From contig OZ241907.1 in the NCBI GenBank assembly GCA_965203515.1, positions 384,001 to 448,000 on the forward strand: a stretch of DNA of 64,000 bases, in the 5' to 3' direction. The notes under the pieces were generated by a model. It was given only the letters and a program-made list of their open reading frames with translations. It made no database searches and was not told the origin of the DNA. Made by a program: the position numbers and the translations under genes. Positions within the stretch are counted from its first letter, which is position 1, and every line of letters starts with the position of its first letter. Shown here in pieces: positions 9,442 through 19,449 of the stretch. Source of the DNA: Spirochaetia bacterium. Lineage in GTDB: Bacteria > Spirochaetota > Spirochaetia > SZUA-6 > Bin103.

Positions 9442-10440
9442 ATGATGCAAGCTGCACACGTCACGTCCCCGGGCGCGGTGCGGATCGACAGCTTTCCGGA
9501 GCCGGAGCTGACGCCCGGTCACGCCGTCGTGCGGCCGGAGCTGATCTCGATCTGCGGCAGCGACCTGCGCGCGGTCTACGACCAGCCGGCCGGCGCCTAC
9601 CCGCTGGCCCCCGGCCAGAGCGGCCACGAGGTGGTCGGCATCGTGGAGGCGATCGAGTACCGGGGCAAGGCGGTCTTTCCGTTCGAGCCGGGCGAGCGGG
9701 TACTGGCTCCGCCGTCGCCGCACCTCGGCATGGCCGAGCGCTTTCCGATCCCGGTCGACAGTCTGGTGCGGATCCCGGCGGGGCTGCCGGCCGAGCGGCT
9801 GGCGGTGGCGCAACCGCTCGGCACGGTGATAGCGGGCTGCAACAAGCTGAGCGAGGTGGCCGGCGCCACCGTCGTCGTGGTCGGTCAGGGCGGCATCGGC
9901 CTGCTGTTCGACGCCATGCTGCGCCGCATGGGCGCGCGCACCGTGATCGGTCTCGATCTGACCGAGGCGCGCCGCGCCGCCGGCCTCCGCTTCGGCGCCG
10001 ATCGCACCATCGATCCGGCCGGCGGCGACGCGGCGGCGGTGGAGGAGGCGGCCGAGGGGGTGGCGCCGCAGATCGTCATCGATGCCGCCGGGGAGCCGGA
10101 TTCGATCAACCTGGCGGTGGAGCTGGTGCGGCCGTACGGGACGCTGCTGCTGTTCGGCGTGCCCCGACAGGACTCCTTTGAGTTCTCGTACAAGACGTGG
10201 TACCGCAAGCGTCCGCGCCTGCGGACCTCCTCCATAGCCGACGGCAACCCGAGCGCGCTGTACGAGCAGGCGCTGAACCTGATCGCGCGCGGCGAGGTCG
10301 ACGTCAGCGGGCTGATCTCGCACCGGCTGCCGCTGGCCCGCGCCGCCGACGCCTATGCCCTGGCGCGCACGCGCGGCGACGGCGCGCTGAAGGTGGCGGT
10401 CGACTTCCGAGCGGGCAGCCTTGGCGAAAGCGCGCCGTGA
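9442..10440 (+). CDS. Zinc-binding (MDR) dehydrogenase
   Basis: ICGSD, GHEVVG and GQGGIG Rossmann motif. RBS GGAGGAG upstream. Confidence 0.9.
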   Translation: MMQAAHVTSPGAVRIDSFPEPELTPGHAVVRPELISICGSDLRAVYDQPAGAYPLAPGQSGHEVVGIVEAIEYRGKAVFPFEPGERVLAPPSPHLGMAERFPIPVDSLVRIPAGLPAERLAVAQPLGTVIAGCNKLSEVAGATVVVVGQGGIGLLFDAMLRRMGARTVIGLDLTEARRAAGLRFGADRTIDPAGGDAAAVEEAAEGVAPQIVIDAAGEPDSINLAVELVRPYGTLLLFGVPRQDSFEFSYKTWYRKRPRLRTSSIADGNPSALYEQALNLIARGEVDVSGLISHRLPLARAADAYALARTRGDGALKVAVDFRAGSLGESAP

Positions 10441-11807
10441 CCCTCCGCTTCAGCCACGCGGACGACCTGCAGAACGTCTGGGGCCACACGACCATCGGCG
10501 CTTCCGCGCTGCGCAAGCTGGCCGATTGCGATCCGCCGCCGTTCCGGGTCTCGTATTGCCGACCGCTGCCGGGGGGAGGCTTCGACGTGTTCGGCGTGCG
10601 CGGCGCCAAGGGCGTTCCGTGGCAGGTCCTGCGCGCCAACACGGACGACGGCACGGCCTTTCGGGACGTGCGCGTGGTGCTGGAGGGCGCCGACCTCGAC
10701 AAGCCGCCCAACGCGGAATGGGCACACACGGCGACCGTCAGCTACAGCCCGGAGCTGGAACGCTATCTGGTCCTCAAGAACAGCCGCGACTACGGAGGCA
10801 GCTTCGACACGCACGCGTTCGTCTCCGGCGACGGCGAGCGATGGGAGCCGAGTCCGCACAACCCGGTGTACCGGGAAGGGGACAACTGGGGGGCGATGTG
10901 GAGCCCGGCGGCGCGGCGGTTCATCTGCTACAACAAGGGGATCGTCCGCGATCCGGACAAGCGGCTGAACGAGTTGATGCGCGACGGCATGCGCACGGTG
11001 TCGGTGCGCACCAGCACGGACGGTCTGCGCTGGTCACCGGACGCCCCCAACGACTTCGCCAACGGCATGCAGCCGGGCTTCGACTTCGCCGGCGTCGCGG
11101 AGATGCGTCGTCTGGGCGGGCCGCTGCTGCCGCGCGAGCACCAGATCGCCCGCGACGAGCTCGACCCGCCCGACCTGGAGTTCTACGTCGCCCGGCCGTT
11201 CCGGTACCGGGAGACCTGCTTCCTGCAGGTGCTCAACTACGTGGGCAGCTTCATGCCGCCGGGCGTCGCGCCGGTGCGGGCGGACGGCCACGGGCCGGGG
11301 ATGCTCGATACGGAGTGGTGGATCAGCCGCGACGGCTTGCGCTGGGACCGCCCCTTCCGCGGCATGCACGCCGGCTCGGTGGTGATCTCCCACAATCCGA
11401 TGGTGTCCGGCGGCATGCTGCGCTTCCATCAGGGCCGGGAGATCTGGGGAATAGGCGAGGATCGCCTGACGTTCGTGCAAACCGTCTCCAACGGCGTGTT
11501 CGAGACGCGCACATTCACCCATGACGGCGGCTGGCTGCGCCTCAACGCCCGGGTGCCGGCGCCCAGCGTCGACAACGGCGACAACCACGCCTATCTGATG
11601 GCGGAGATCGTCGACGGCCGGGATCGGGTGGTGCCGGGCTACGAGAAGGAGCGCTGCATCGTGCAGGGGCCGATCGACGCGCCGGCCCTGCCGCTGCGGT
11701 GGGGTACCGCGACCGGCGCTGAGCTCGCCGGCCGGCCGCTGCGGCTCCGCTTCTACTTCCGGGCCGCCCACGTCTACGCCGTTTCCTCCGCTCAACCCGG
11801 CGCATGA
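10437..11807 (+). CDS. Hypothetical protein, probable beta-propeller glycoside-hydrolase-like
   Basis: GTG start overlaps the previous stop (GTGA). It has S.DG..W repeats (SGDGERW, STDGLRW, SRDGLRW) and a C-terminal module LRLNA...GYEKERC...LRW...LRLRF. Confidence 0.65.
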   Translation: MTLRFSHADDLQNVWGHTTIGASALRKLADCDPPPFRVSYCRPLPGGGFDVFGVRGAKGVPWQVLRANTDDGTAFRDVRVVLEGADLDKPPNAEWAHTATVSYSPELERYLVLKNSRDYGGSFDTHAFVSGDGERWEPSPHNPVYREGDNWGAMWSPAARRFICYNKGIVRDPDKRLNELMRDGMRTVSVRTSTDGLRWSPDAPNDFANGMQPGFDFAGVAEMRRLGGPLLPREHQIARDELDPPDLEFYVARPFRYRETCFLQVLNYVGSFMPPGVAPVRADGHGPGMLDTEWWISRDGLRWDRPFRGMHAGSVVISHNPMVSGGMLRFHQGREIWGIGEDRLTFVQTVSNGVFETRTFTHDGGWLRLNARVPAPSVDNGDNHAYLMAEIVDGRDRVVPGYEKERCIVQGPIDAPALPLRWGTATGAELAGRPLRLRFYFRAAHVYAVSSAQPGA

Positions 11808-11841
11808 TGAGTCGCTCATCGAGATGCGATCAGTCGACCGG

Positions 11842-12975
11842 CTATCCTCTGTCGATCAGGAACAGGAACTCGCGATTAGGCGCGCCCGCATCGCGTAGCC
11901 ACGCGTTGGTCCACTTCATGCCCGCCATCACGTTGCGCCGGTGGTCCAGCTCCACGATGTCGATCACTTTACCATTCGCGTGCAGGATGTCGTGCAGATC
12001 CTCGGCGGTAGCGCGGCCTCCCGAACTGTATGAAAGAATGATCCAGCGCGCCGCCGTGGATCGGATCAGACGTTCGATCGCCTCGACCGCCAGAAACTTT
12101 CCCGACGCCGGATTCCGCTGGAACTCCTCGAACACCGAAGCGGCGACGGGGTCTGACGTATCGGTGCGCCGTAGCGCTTTGCCGACCAGCGCCGGAGAGT
12201 CATTCAGACAGACCGTAGTCCAAAGATGATAGTAGGAAGCGTACCGTATTCGCGAAGGAGGCATCTTCTCGTTGTTGGAACCGTACGGAGGGTCGAAGTA
12301 GGCGAGATCCACGCTGAGCCCGGCTACATCGAACACGTCCTCGCGCACGACCTCGTTGCCGTCGTTCGGAATGAACAGTTCCGGTATCCTGAGATGCAAT
12401 GAATCGAACGATCGCGGCGACCACTCTCTGAGATATGAAACAAAGTGTCCGAGGGTATTGTCCACTCGATCCAGCGCCAGCATCAAGCTGGTCAAGCCTA
12501 CCGCTCGCTCGGTCGTAGCAAGACGGAGTGAGTCGATCTCTTCACGGATGCCATCGAGCTTGCGGGTATTATGAATCTGCCAGGGCTTCTTGAGGCCGTC
12601 CGACTGAACGGAGAGACCGTCGTTCGGGGTGCCGCCGTAGTGTTCCGTGAACCAGCCGTCCTGTGGTTGAACGGCATTCAGGTGCTCGATCAGCGCCGAG
12701 TAATGAGCTTTCGGTTTTCGGTTCAGGAGATAGCACGTCGCAAGAACCTCCGACCATACGGCGACGTCATTGCTGATGACCCTATATCCAGACTTGGCGA
12801 AAGCTTGGGACACACGGGTCGATCCCGAGAAACCGTCGAGCACGGTTCGTGCCCCTGTTCGTTTCGCCAGCTCGAGGATGTGCGGCAGCAGTCTGAGTTT
12901 GGAACCGGCGTACTTGATCCCTTCCGTGGGGGGAGCATCTACGACGATATCCGCAAACAGCGACAAGTTGCTCAT
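11842..12975 (-). CDS. DNA adenine methyltransferase (Dam/D12 class)
   Basis: KYAGSK, LDGFSGS (motif I), ISND and YFDPPY (motif IV). The DNA is AT-richer than the flanks. Confidence 0.9.
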   Translation of the reverse strand: MSNLSLFADIVVDAPPTEGIKYAGSKLRLLPHILELAKRTGARTVLDGFSGSTRVSQAFAKSGYRVISNDVAVWSEVLATCYLLNRKPKAHYSALIEHLNAVQPQDGWFTEHYGGTPNDGLSVQSDGLKKPWQIHNTRKLDGIREEIDSLRLATTERAVGLTSLMLALDRVDNTLGHFVSYLREWSPRSFDSLHLRIPELFIPNDGNEVVREDVFDVAGLSVDLAYFDPPYGSNNEKMPPSRIRYASYYHLWTTVCLNDSPALVGKALRRTDTSDPVAASVFEEFQRNPASGKFLAVEAIERLIRSTAARWIILSYSSGGRATAEDLHDILHANGKVIDIVELDHRRNVMAGMKWTNAWLRDAGAPNREFLFLIDRG

Positions 12976-13585
12976 CGCGGCGTCCCCGATCGCCGCTTCA
13001 ATTGAGCGATGTCTTCCTTGATCTTCTGAAGTGCAGCAGTGTGGCCGGCATCTGATGAGACGAGAGCGTGCGAAAAGAGGTCCACCAGGATATGATTGTG
13101 CGAGTAGTCGATCCAGCCGTCGGTGATGCTGTCGAAGTACTTGAGACCGTTCCTGGTGTGGGTCCAGAGACCTCTCTGAAGTGCGTTCGCGTCAGTGCCG
13201 CCGTAGCGCACTTCGCATATGTAACCCTCGTTCGCATCGAAGAACCGATACACGGGATGCTTCCTTCCTCGCCCCGCTTCCTCGCGAACGATTCTTGCGG
13301 TAGCGTGGCGGGCGCGGGCATAGTCGAACACCAGAATGTTACAACGCTGAGACTTCTCGTCATATACAAGTCCTTGCCGACGTGGACAGATCTGAAGTCG
13401 TACATATATTGGTTGATGAACTCGGAGACTGCGATCTCGGCCAAGTCGCCGTGCGTCTTGTTTCCAATCAGTCGCATCGTAAAGATATTGCTGAGCGTGG
13501 TGGTGATGAGTTCAGGCTGTTTGCCGATCAATACTTTCAGTCGTCTCGTGAAGTCGCTGTACGCATCGGTAACGTCCATCATCAT
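12972..13585 (-). pseudogene. Probable cognate type II restriction endonuclease, frameshifted or internally deleted
   Basis: Two overlapping ORFs (12998-13585 and 12972-13331) join at ~13361-13367 (…HVGKDLY / YDEKSQRCNILVFDY…). The downstream half overlaps the MTase start (ATGA). RBS GAGGAG upstream. Confidence 0.6.
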
Positions 13586-13926
13586 GAATTTGTCTCCTCA
13601 CTTTACTCTGCCAATGCGCTGCCACAGCCATCGGGAATGTCGATTGCGATTGGCATGTTGCCACTGCCATGTCTCTACCCGAGTATCGCACAGATCGCAC
13701 ATCGACACCCTGCACCCCTCCCGGGTGGGTCTGGTTACGTTAAGGCGGTGTTGGTGGCCCGGATAGAGCGGAAGCCGGCGGTGGCGATGGCGATGCACTC
13801 GTTGCGGCGGCCGTCGGCGTGTACTGCGGGGCGGCTCGTCGCTAAACTTCATGACCGCGGCCGGAGGTGACCGCCACGCCGGTAAACCCGTCACGATGGA
13901 GCGACCCCGCGCGAGGAGGTGACGCG

Positions 13927-15117
13927 ATGAATCGACCGTTGACCAGCGACCGGCTGCCGGCCATGCCGTCACGCGCGGAGTTCGCGTGGCGCGACCACTG
14001 GGTGATGCAGCATGACGGCGCGGGCGGCCAGATCGGCCACCCGGCGGCGTTCCGCTTCCTGCCGTGGCATGGCGAGCGGCCGGTGTTTCCGTGGGGCTTG
14101 GCGGTGCTGGACGACGGCGTCTGGGCGGTGGCCGGCGTGGCCGGCTCCATGACCATGGCGCAATCCAACCAGACCGTCGTCGGGCTGAGCGACGACCGGG
14201 GCGCGAGCTGGCGCTACGTCGAGGTCCCGCACTGCTCGACCCGGCCGATGATGCTGGCCTACCTGGGCAGCGGCGTCCTCAGCTTCATGTCGAGTTGGTC
14301 GGACGAGGGCAACTTCCGGTACTACAGCCACGATTACGGCGTCACCTGGGAGCGGGGCGACAAGCTCCCACCGGCTCCCGACGGCACGCAGATCGATTGC
14401 GAGGGCAACCCCCTGATCGATCGGGACGCGGCCGGCAACGCCACCCTGATGGCGGAGACCGGGCAGACGGCGTCCAAGGGCCCGTTGCCGGAGAACCCGT
14501 GCTGCGGCTGCATCCGCTGGTCGCGCGACGGCGGCCGCACCTGGGAACCGGCGCGCTGGCCGCCGGAGTGGGTGTGGCACGACCGGTTCGCCGGCGAACC
14601 GGTGGAGCGCGGCGTGGGCGAGGGAGCCCTGGTGCGCGCCGCCGACGGCTCCATCGTCGCCGCCCTGCGCACCGACATGCCGGCGCGCTACCTCCCGCTC
14701 CACTACGACAACTTCGAGGGCACCGCGGTGTCGATCAGCCGGGACGAGGGCGCGAGTTGGACGCCGCTCGACTTCGTGTTCGGCCCGGGCCGCCACCACG
14801 CCACGCTGCTGCGCATGCCCGACGACGACCTGGTGCTGACCGTGATCCGCCGCCTCGACTTCGGCGGCGGCGATCTGGCCACCTACCGGCGCGGCTGCGA
14901 CGCCGTCGTGAGCCGCGACCACGGCGTCACCTGGGACGTGGAGCACCGCTACGTGGTGGACGACTTCGCCGCCATCGGCGCGGAGCGGTGGTTCGAGGCG
15001 ACGTGCGGCCACCAGTGCTCGGTGTCGGTGGGCGACGGCTCGATCCTCACCGCGTACGGCAACTACCGCAACGCCGGCGCCCTGATCCACTGGCGGCCCG
15101 CCGGCGTGGCGGTCTGA
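13927..15117 (+). CDS. BNR/Asp-box repeat (sialidase-fold) protein
   Basis: Five Asp boxes: SDDRGASW, SHDYGVTW, SRDGGRTW, SRDEGASW and SRDHGVTW. RBS GAGGAGG before ATG 13927. Confidence 0.8.
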   Translation: MNRPLTSDRLPAMPSRAEFAWRDHWVMQHDGAGGQIGHPAAFRFLPWHGERPVFPWGLAVLDDGVWAVAGVAGSMTMAQSNQTVVGLSDDRGASWRYVEVPHCSTRPMMLAYLGSGVLSFMSSWSDEGNFRYYSHDYGVTWERGDKLPPAPDGTQIDCEGNPLIDRDAAGNATLMAETGQTASKGPLPENPCCGCIRWSRDGGRTWEPARWPPEWVWHDRFAGEPVERGVGEGALVRAADGSIVAALRTDMPARYLPLHYDNFEGTAVSISRDEGASWTPLDFVFGPGRHHATLLRMPDDDLVLTVIRRLDFGGGDLATYRRGCDAVVSRDHGVTWDVEHRYVVDDFAAIGAERWFEATCGHQCSVSVGDGSILTAYGNYRNAGALIHWRPAGVAV

Positions 15118-16121
15118 CGGGACGGCAGACCGAGCCCCCGCAAGTCGGCGACGACGCCCCGCCGCTCGGCTTCGTAGAGTCTCCAGATTACCCGCAGGCT
15201 CTGCAGACCGGCCGCACCGTCGGTGAGCGGCGTATGACGCCGTTCTATGCAGTCGAGGAAATGGGCCATTTCGTTCTCGGTATGCTTGCCGGCATCGCTT
15301 TCCATGAGGAGCTTCCGTTCCCCGCCGGCGTGGGCCAGGAGCCGGTGGCCGGTAATGTCGGCTTCGATCATGCCCTCGCTGCAATGGGCGTGGATCGAGT
15401 AGCCCATACGAGTGCCGCGCGCTCCCCAGGTACCGAAGTGGTACCCTAGTCGGTTTCCTGCGAATTGCATGACGACGTTGGACGTCCCCTCGCGTTCCAT
15501 CCATGGCGTACCGGCGTTGGTGCCCAGGTGGCTGCCGCTCAGGGGTTCTCCCAGATACCAGAGCAGGATGTCGACGTAGTGGCAGCCGTGACTGAAGAGC
15601 TGACCGCCTCCCAGCGAGGCGGCCGCGTGCGTCCAGTGTCCTGGTTCGCGGCGCGTCAATTGTTCGGTCCAGATGCTGACCTGAAACACCTCGCCGAAGC
15701 TCCGTTCGTCGATCAGATTCTTCATGGCTGCGACCAGCGGATGGAAGCGCATGCAGTACGCCACCATCAGGATGCGGTCGAGCCGCGCCGCGGTGGCGAT
15801 GAGGTCCAGGCACTCCGCTTCGCTGTTCGCCATCGGTTTTTCCAGGAGCACGTGCTTTCCCGCCTGCAGGCAGTCCTTGGCGACGGCGTGGTGCAGGTGG
15901 TGCGGCAGCACGATGAGGACGGCGTCGACCAGGTCGAGGACGGTTCGATAATCGGTGGCGACCGTCACGCCCGGCAGGCGCGCCCGGACCTGTCGGACCC
16001 GGGTCGCGTCGACGTCGACGGCGGCGGCGAGCTGCAACCGATCCTTCAGCAGATGGAAGCGCCGCAGGTGAGCGGCGGACATGCCGCCGCAGCCGATCAA
16101 TGCGAGTTTGACGATTGCCAT
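15063..16121 (-). CDS. Gfo/Idh/MocA family oxidoreductase
   Basis: MAIVKLALIGCGGM, HVLLEKPMA and GGGQLFSHGCHYVD. Confidence 0.9.
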   Translation of the reverse strand: MAIVKLALIGCGGMSAAHLRRFHLLKDRLQLAAAVDVDATRVRQVRARLPGVTVATDYRTVLDLVDAVLIVLPHHLHHAVAKDCLQAGKHVLLEKPMANSEAECLDLIATAARLDRILMVAYCMRFHPLVAAMKNLIDERSFGEVFQVSIWTEQLTRREPGHWTHAAASLGGGQLFSHGCHYVDILLWYLGEPLSGSHLGTNAGTPWMEREGTSNVVMQFAGNRLGYHFGTWGARGTRMGYSIHAHCSEGMIEADITGHRLLAHAGGERKLLMESDAGKHTENEMAHFLDCIERRHTPLTDGAAGLQSLRVIWRLYEAERRGVVADLRGLGLPSRQTATPAGRQWIRAPALR

Positions 16122-16172
16122 CGAGACGCCCTTGCCGATCCGCAGGTAATCTGATACCAAGCACAGGGTCCC

Positions 16173-18563
16173 GTGCAAGAGAACCGGAAATCGCCGCGCC
16201 AGATCACTTTGTGCGCGTATACCCGATTCGACGGGCAGCGCCTGCACGCAACGGTCGTCCCGGTCGGAGACGCCTTTGTCCCGAGCGGATCGGCCGTCGA
16301 TATCCAGGTATGGCACCGCCCGCAGCGCCGGCCGTTCGTGCGGACCAGAATCGACGATTTCGATCAGCCGTCGGGCCGTACGGTCGTGCTCGACCTGGGA
16401 CAGGTGCCGGCCGGCAGTTGCGATTTGCAGGCGGTCTTCATCGATCGATGGGGCCGCGAGTGTCCGACGCGACTCATACAGAGCGCCGATCCGCCGCAGA
16501 AGCCCGAGTGGTGGGGTTCACGCGCCGGACTCGATCCGGGAGTGCCGGCCTCCTGGACTCCGCTGCAGACCTCCTCGCATGGCGACGGTGGGCACGTGGT
16601 CTCCTGTTGGGGGAGGCGGTATCGGTTTGCTCCCGGCTGTCTGATCGAATCGGTGATCACGGCGGGAAGTCGGATGCTGGATGCGCCGGTTCGCCTGGCG
16701 GGCGCCGCCGGCGGGCGGAGCCTGCGCTTCGTCGCCGGCGGGATCGATCAGGTCGCCGCTGATGCCGGCGAGGTCATACTCGAGCAGCGCATGACGGCGG
16801 CGAATCTCGACGTACACGTCCAGGCGCAGATCGAATTCGACGGGATGGTCCGATTCGACGTCGAGGCTTGCCCCGCCGATACCGTCGATCTCGATTCCCT
16901 GTCGATAGAGATTCCGGTCCGGGCGGAGTACGCGAAGTATCTGTATCACTTTCCGGGAGCATGGGGGACTGCGCGGAACGCCGGCGCGTTGCCTGCCGAC
17001 CCGGTGCGGATGGGATTCCGGCCATATCTCTGGCTGGGAGACGACGATCGCGGACTGGCTTGGTTCAGCGAGTCCGACCGGGACTGGTACGTCGCGCCGG
17101 GCACGCCCGGCACGGAGATCGTTCGCGATGGGGATCGCGTGGTGCTGACGCTGCATCTGATCTCCGCGCCGATACGGTTGGCGCCGGAGTCGCGGCGCCC
17201 GGTAGCCTGGAACACCGCCCCGGAGCTGGAAAACGCCGTGATCCGCGATGCGGCGATCACGGGTGAGCGTGCCGAACGCTATCAGCCGTTGCGGTATACG
17301 TTTGGCATGCAGGCCACGCCGGTCAAGGCGGATCGGCAGGGAGCCTGGGACCGGCGGCTCATCCACGTCGGCCCGGAACCGCCGGGAACCGGCTTCACGG
17401 CGCCGCTGACGTTGGAGCCGTGGTTTCTGGATCGCTGCGCTGCAGCGGGGGCGAGGACCGTGGTGATCCACGAGTTCTGGACCGACATCGAATCACACAC
17501 GATTCCGGTCGACCGCGACCGGCTGCACGAGTTGGTCAGAGCGTGCCACGACCGCGGTCTCCGCATCCTGCTGTACTACGGATTCCTGATCTCCAGCCGG
17601 GCGCCCGAGTGGCGTGACTTCGCCGCCGACTGTCTCACCATGCCCCGCTATGGCTACCCGGTGTTCCATGCCGGACCGCAACCCGACCAGTCGGCGTGGG
17701 TGGTCTGCCTCAACAGCGCATGGCAGGATTTCGTCGCCGACGCCATCGCCAAGGCCATGGACGAGTACGGCATCGACGGCGTGTATCTCGACGGCACCGA
17801 GTTCCCGGCCGGCTGCATCAATACCCTGCACGGTTGCGGCAACATGCGGCCCGACGGCTCGATCGCGAAGTCGTACCCGATCTTTGGCGTGCGCAGCGCC
17901 ATGCGCCGCATCCACAATGCCGTCAAGCGGCGAAACCCGGAGGCGCAGATCAACGTGCACAACTCGACGTGCATGGTCATGCCGACGCTCGGGTTCGGCA
18001 CCTCGTACTGGGACGGGGAGCAGTTCCAGGACGTCCGGGGAAGCGACGACGCCGCGACGCAGTTGCCGCTCGACGCGTTTCGCACGGAGTTCATGGGCCG
18101 TCAGTGGGGTGTCCCGGCGGAGTTCCTCTGCTACGGCCAGGGATTCACCTATGAGCAGGCATGGGCCATCACGTTGATCCACGACGTTCCGGTCCGGCCA
18201 CTCAACCGGCACGGGCTGGAGGAGCTCGATCTGGCCTCACGCATCTGGCGGATCATGGACGACTTCGGCCGCGGCCGGGCCGAATGGTTGCCGTACTGGC
18301 GCAACGAAGAGCACGTCCGCGCCGACTCCTCCGGCATCTACGTCAGCCTCTACCGGCATCCCGACAACGGCGCGCTCGCCGTCGTTTCCAACCTGAATCG
18401 CGCGCGCACGCCGTTCGCGCTCACCGTGAACTGGCGGCTGCTCGGTCTCGACCGGCCGCGCGTTTCGATCATCGACGCGTTCGATCGGTCCGCCGCCGCC
18501 CTGCATGGCGAGCTCGATCCCTACGCCTGGCGGCTGCTCTGGTTCCGGCCCGAAGCCGGCTAG
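16173..18563 (+). CDS. Putative glycoside hydrolase (DUF6067-like TIM-barrel)
   Basis: 796 aa. Motifs EFDGM..FD, YLWLGDDDRGLAWF.ES, FGMQATPVK, GIDGVYLDG, WDGEQ and WLPYW.N. Confidence 0.65.
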   Translation: MQENRKSPRQITLCAYTRFDGQRLHATVVPVGDAFVPSGSAVDIQVWHRPQRRPFVRTRIDDFDQPSGRTVVLDLGQVPAGSCDLQAVFIDRWGRECPTRLIQSADPPQKPEWWGSRAGLDPGVPASWTPLQTSSHGDGGHVVSCWGRRYRFAPGCLIESVITAGSRMLDAPVRLAGAAGGRSLRFVAGGIDQVAADAGEVILEQRMTAANLDVHVQAQIEFDGMVRFDVEACPADTVDLDSLSIEIPVRAEYAKYLYHFPGAWGTARNAGALPADPVRMGFRPYLWLGDDDRGLAWFSESDRDWYVAPGTPGTEIVRDGDRVVLTLHLISAPIRLAPESRRPVAWNTAPELENAVIRDAAITGERAERYQPLRYTFGMQATPVKADRQGAWDRRLIHVGPEPPGTGFTAPLTLEPWFLDRCAAAGARTVVIHEFWTDIESHTIPVDRDRLHELVRACHDRGLRILLYYGFLISSRAPEWRDFAADCLTMPRYGYPVFHAGPQPDQSAWVVCLNSAWQDFVADAIAKAMDEYGIDGVYLDGTEFPAGCINTLHGCGNMRPDGSIAKSYPIFGVRSAMRRIHNAVKRRNPEAQINVHNSTCMVMPTLGFGTSYWDGEQFQDVRGSDDAATQLPLDAFRTEFMGRQWGVPAEFLCYGQGFTYEQAWAITLIHDVPVRPLNRHGLEELDLASRIWRIMDDFGRGRAEWLPYWRNEEHVRADSSGIYVSLYRHPDNGALAVVSNLNRARTPFALTVNWRLLGLDRPRVSIIDAFDRSAAALHGELDPYAWRLLWFRPEAG

Positions 18564-19447
18564 CCCTTGACGGCGCCGACGATCACTCCGTGGATGAAAT
18601 ACCGCTGGAGGAACGGATAGATCACGATCACCGGGACCACCGTGCAGACGATCGCCGCGTTGATCAGATTCTGCGGCATGATGTTGTCGAGGTCCTCGAC
18701 GACGTTGCCGACATCGAGCTGCCCGCCGCCGATCAACGGATTGGTATAGATGTCGCGGAGCATGTACTGCAGCGTCCACTTCCACTTGTCGCGGATGAAG
18801 ATGAGCACCGGAAACCACATGTTCCAGTAGAACACCGCCGAAAAGATGGTGAAGGCGGCCACCATGGGAACGATGAGGGCGAAGACGATCCGAAAGAGGA
18901 TCGTGAACTCGGACGCTCCGTCCACCTCGGCCGATTCCATGATCTCCTGCGGCAACCGCACGATGGCGTTGCGGAAGACGATGATGAGAAACGGGTCGAC
19001 CAGATACGGGAGCATGAGGGCGAGACGGGTGTTGTTGAGCCCGTAGGAGTTCACGATCAGATAGAACGGGATGAGGCCGCCGGAGAAGTACAGCGGGATC
19101 AGCGTGTAGACGAGCGCCGTGCGCATGCCGAAGAAATGCTTGTTCGCCAGGGCGTATGCGGCGCTTACCGCGATCAGTATGGCCACCAGGGTGTTGATCA
19201 CCGTCAGCAGCACGGTGTTGGTCAAGCTGGTGAGAAAGAGCCTGCTCGTCAGGATGATGTCATAGGCTCTGGTGTACAGATCCACCGGAAAGATCGTCAC
19301 CTGATTCTTCAGGATGGCGCTTTTGTCGCTCAACGAGACCGCCGCCACGTGCATGAAGGGCAGCACGATGCAGAGGCACAGCAGGATGAATCCGAGATAG
19401 AGGAAGATCTCGAAGACCCGCCGGGAGACGGACCGATAGCGCAGCAT
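18560..19447 (-). CDS. Carbohydrate ABC transporter permease
   Basis: Hydrophobic TM segments, FSGGLIP, EAA-like loop ESAEVDGAS and YPFLQRYF..GAVKG. Alternative start at 19456. Confidence 0.92.
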   Translation of the reverse strand: MLRYRSVSRRVFEIFLYLGFILLCLCIVLPFMHVAAVSLSDKSAILKNQVTIFPVDLYTRAYDIILTSRLFLTSLTNTVLLTVINTLVAILIAVSAAYALANKHFFGMRTALVYTLIPLYFSGGLIPFYLIVNSYGLNNTRLALMLPYLVDPFLIIVFRNAIVRLPQEIMESAEVDGASEFTILFRIVFALIVPMVAAFTIFSAVFYWNMWFPVLIFIRDKWKWTLQYMLRDIYTNPLIGGGQLDVGNVVEDLDNIMPQNLINAAIVCTVVPVIVIYPFLQRYFIHGVIVGAVKG

Positions 19448-19449
19448 TC

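Noticed and set aside
13586..13926. Possible small gene or ncRNA between the RM module and the BNR protein
   Set aside because: Only weak ORFs and short imperfect hairpins are present, with no recognisable family.
16122..18563. Inversion of the DUF6067-like gene within the minus-strand sugar operon
   Set aside because: The orientation is odd, but no flanking inverted repeats or recombinase were seen, and a plausible -10 (TAATCT) precedes the gene.
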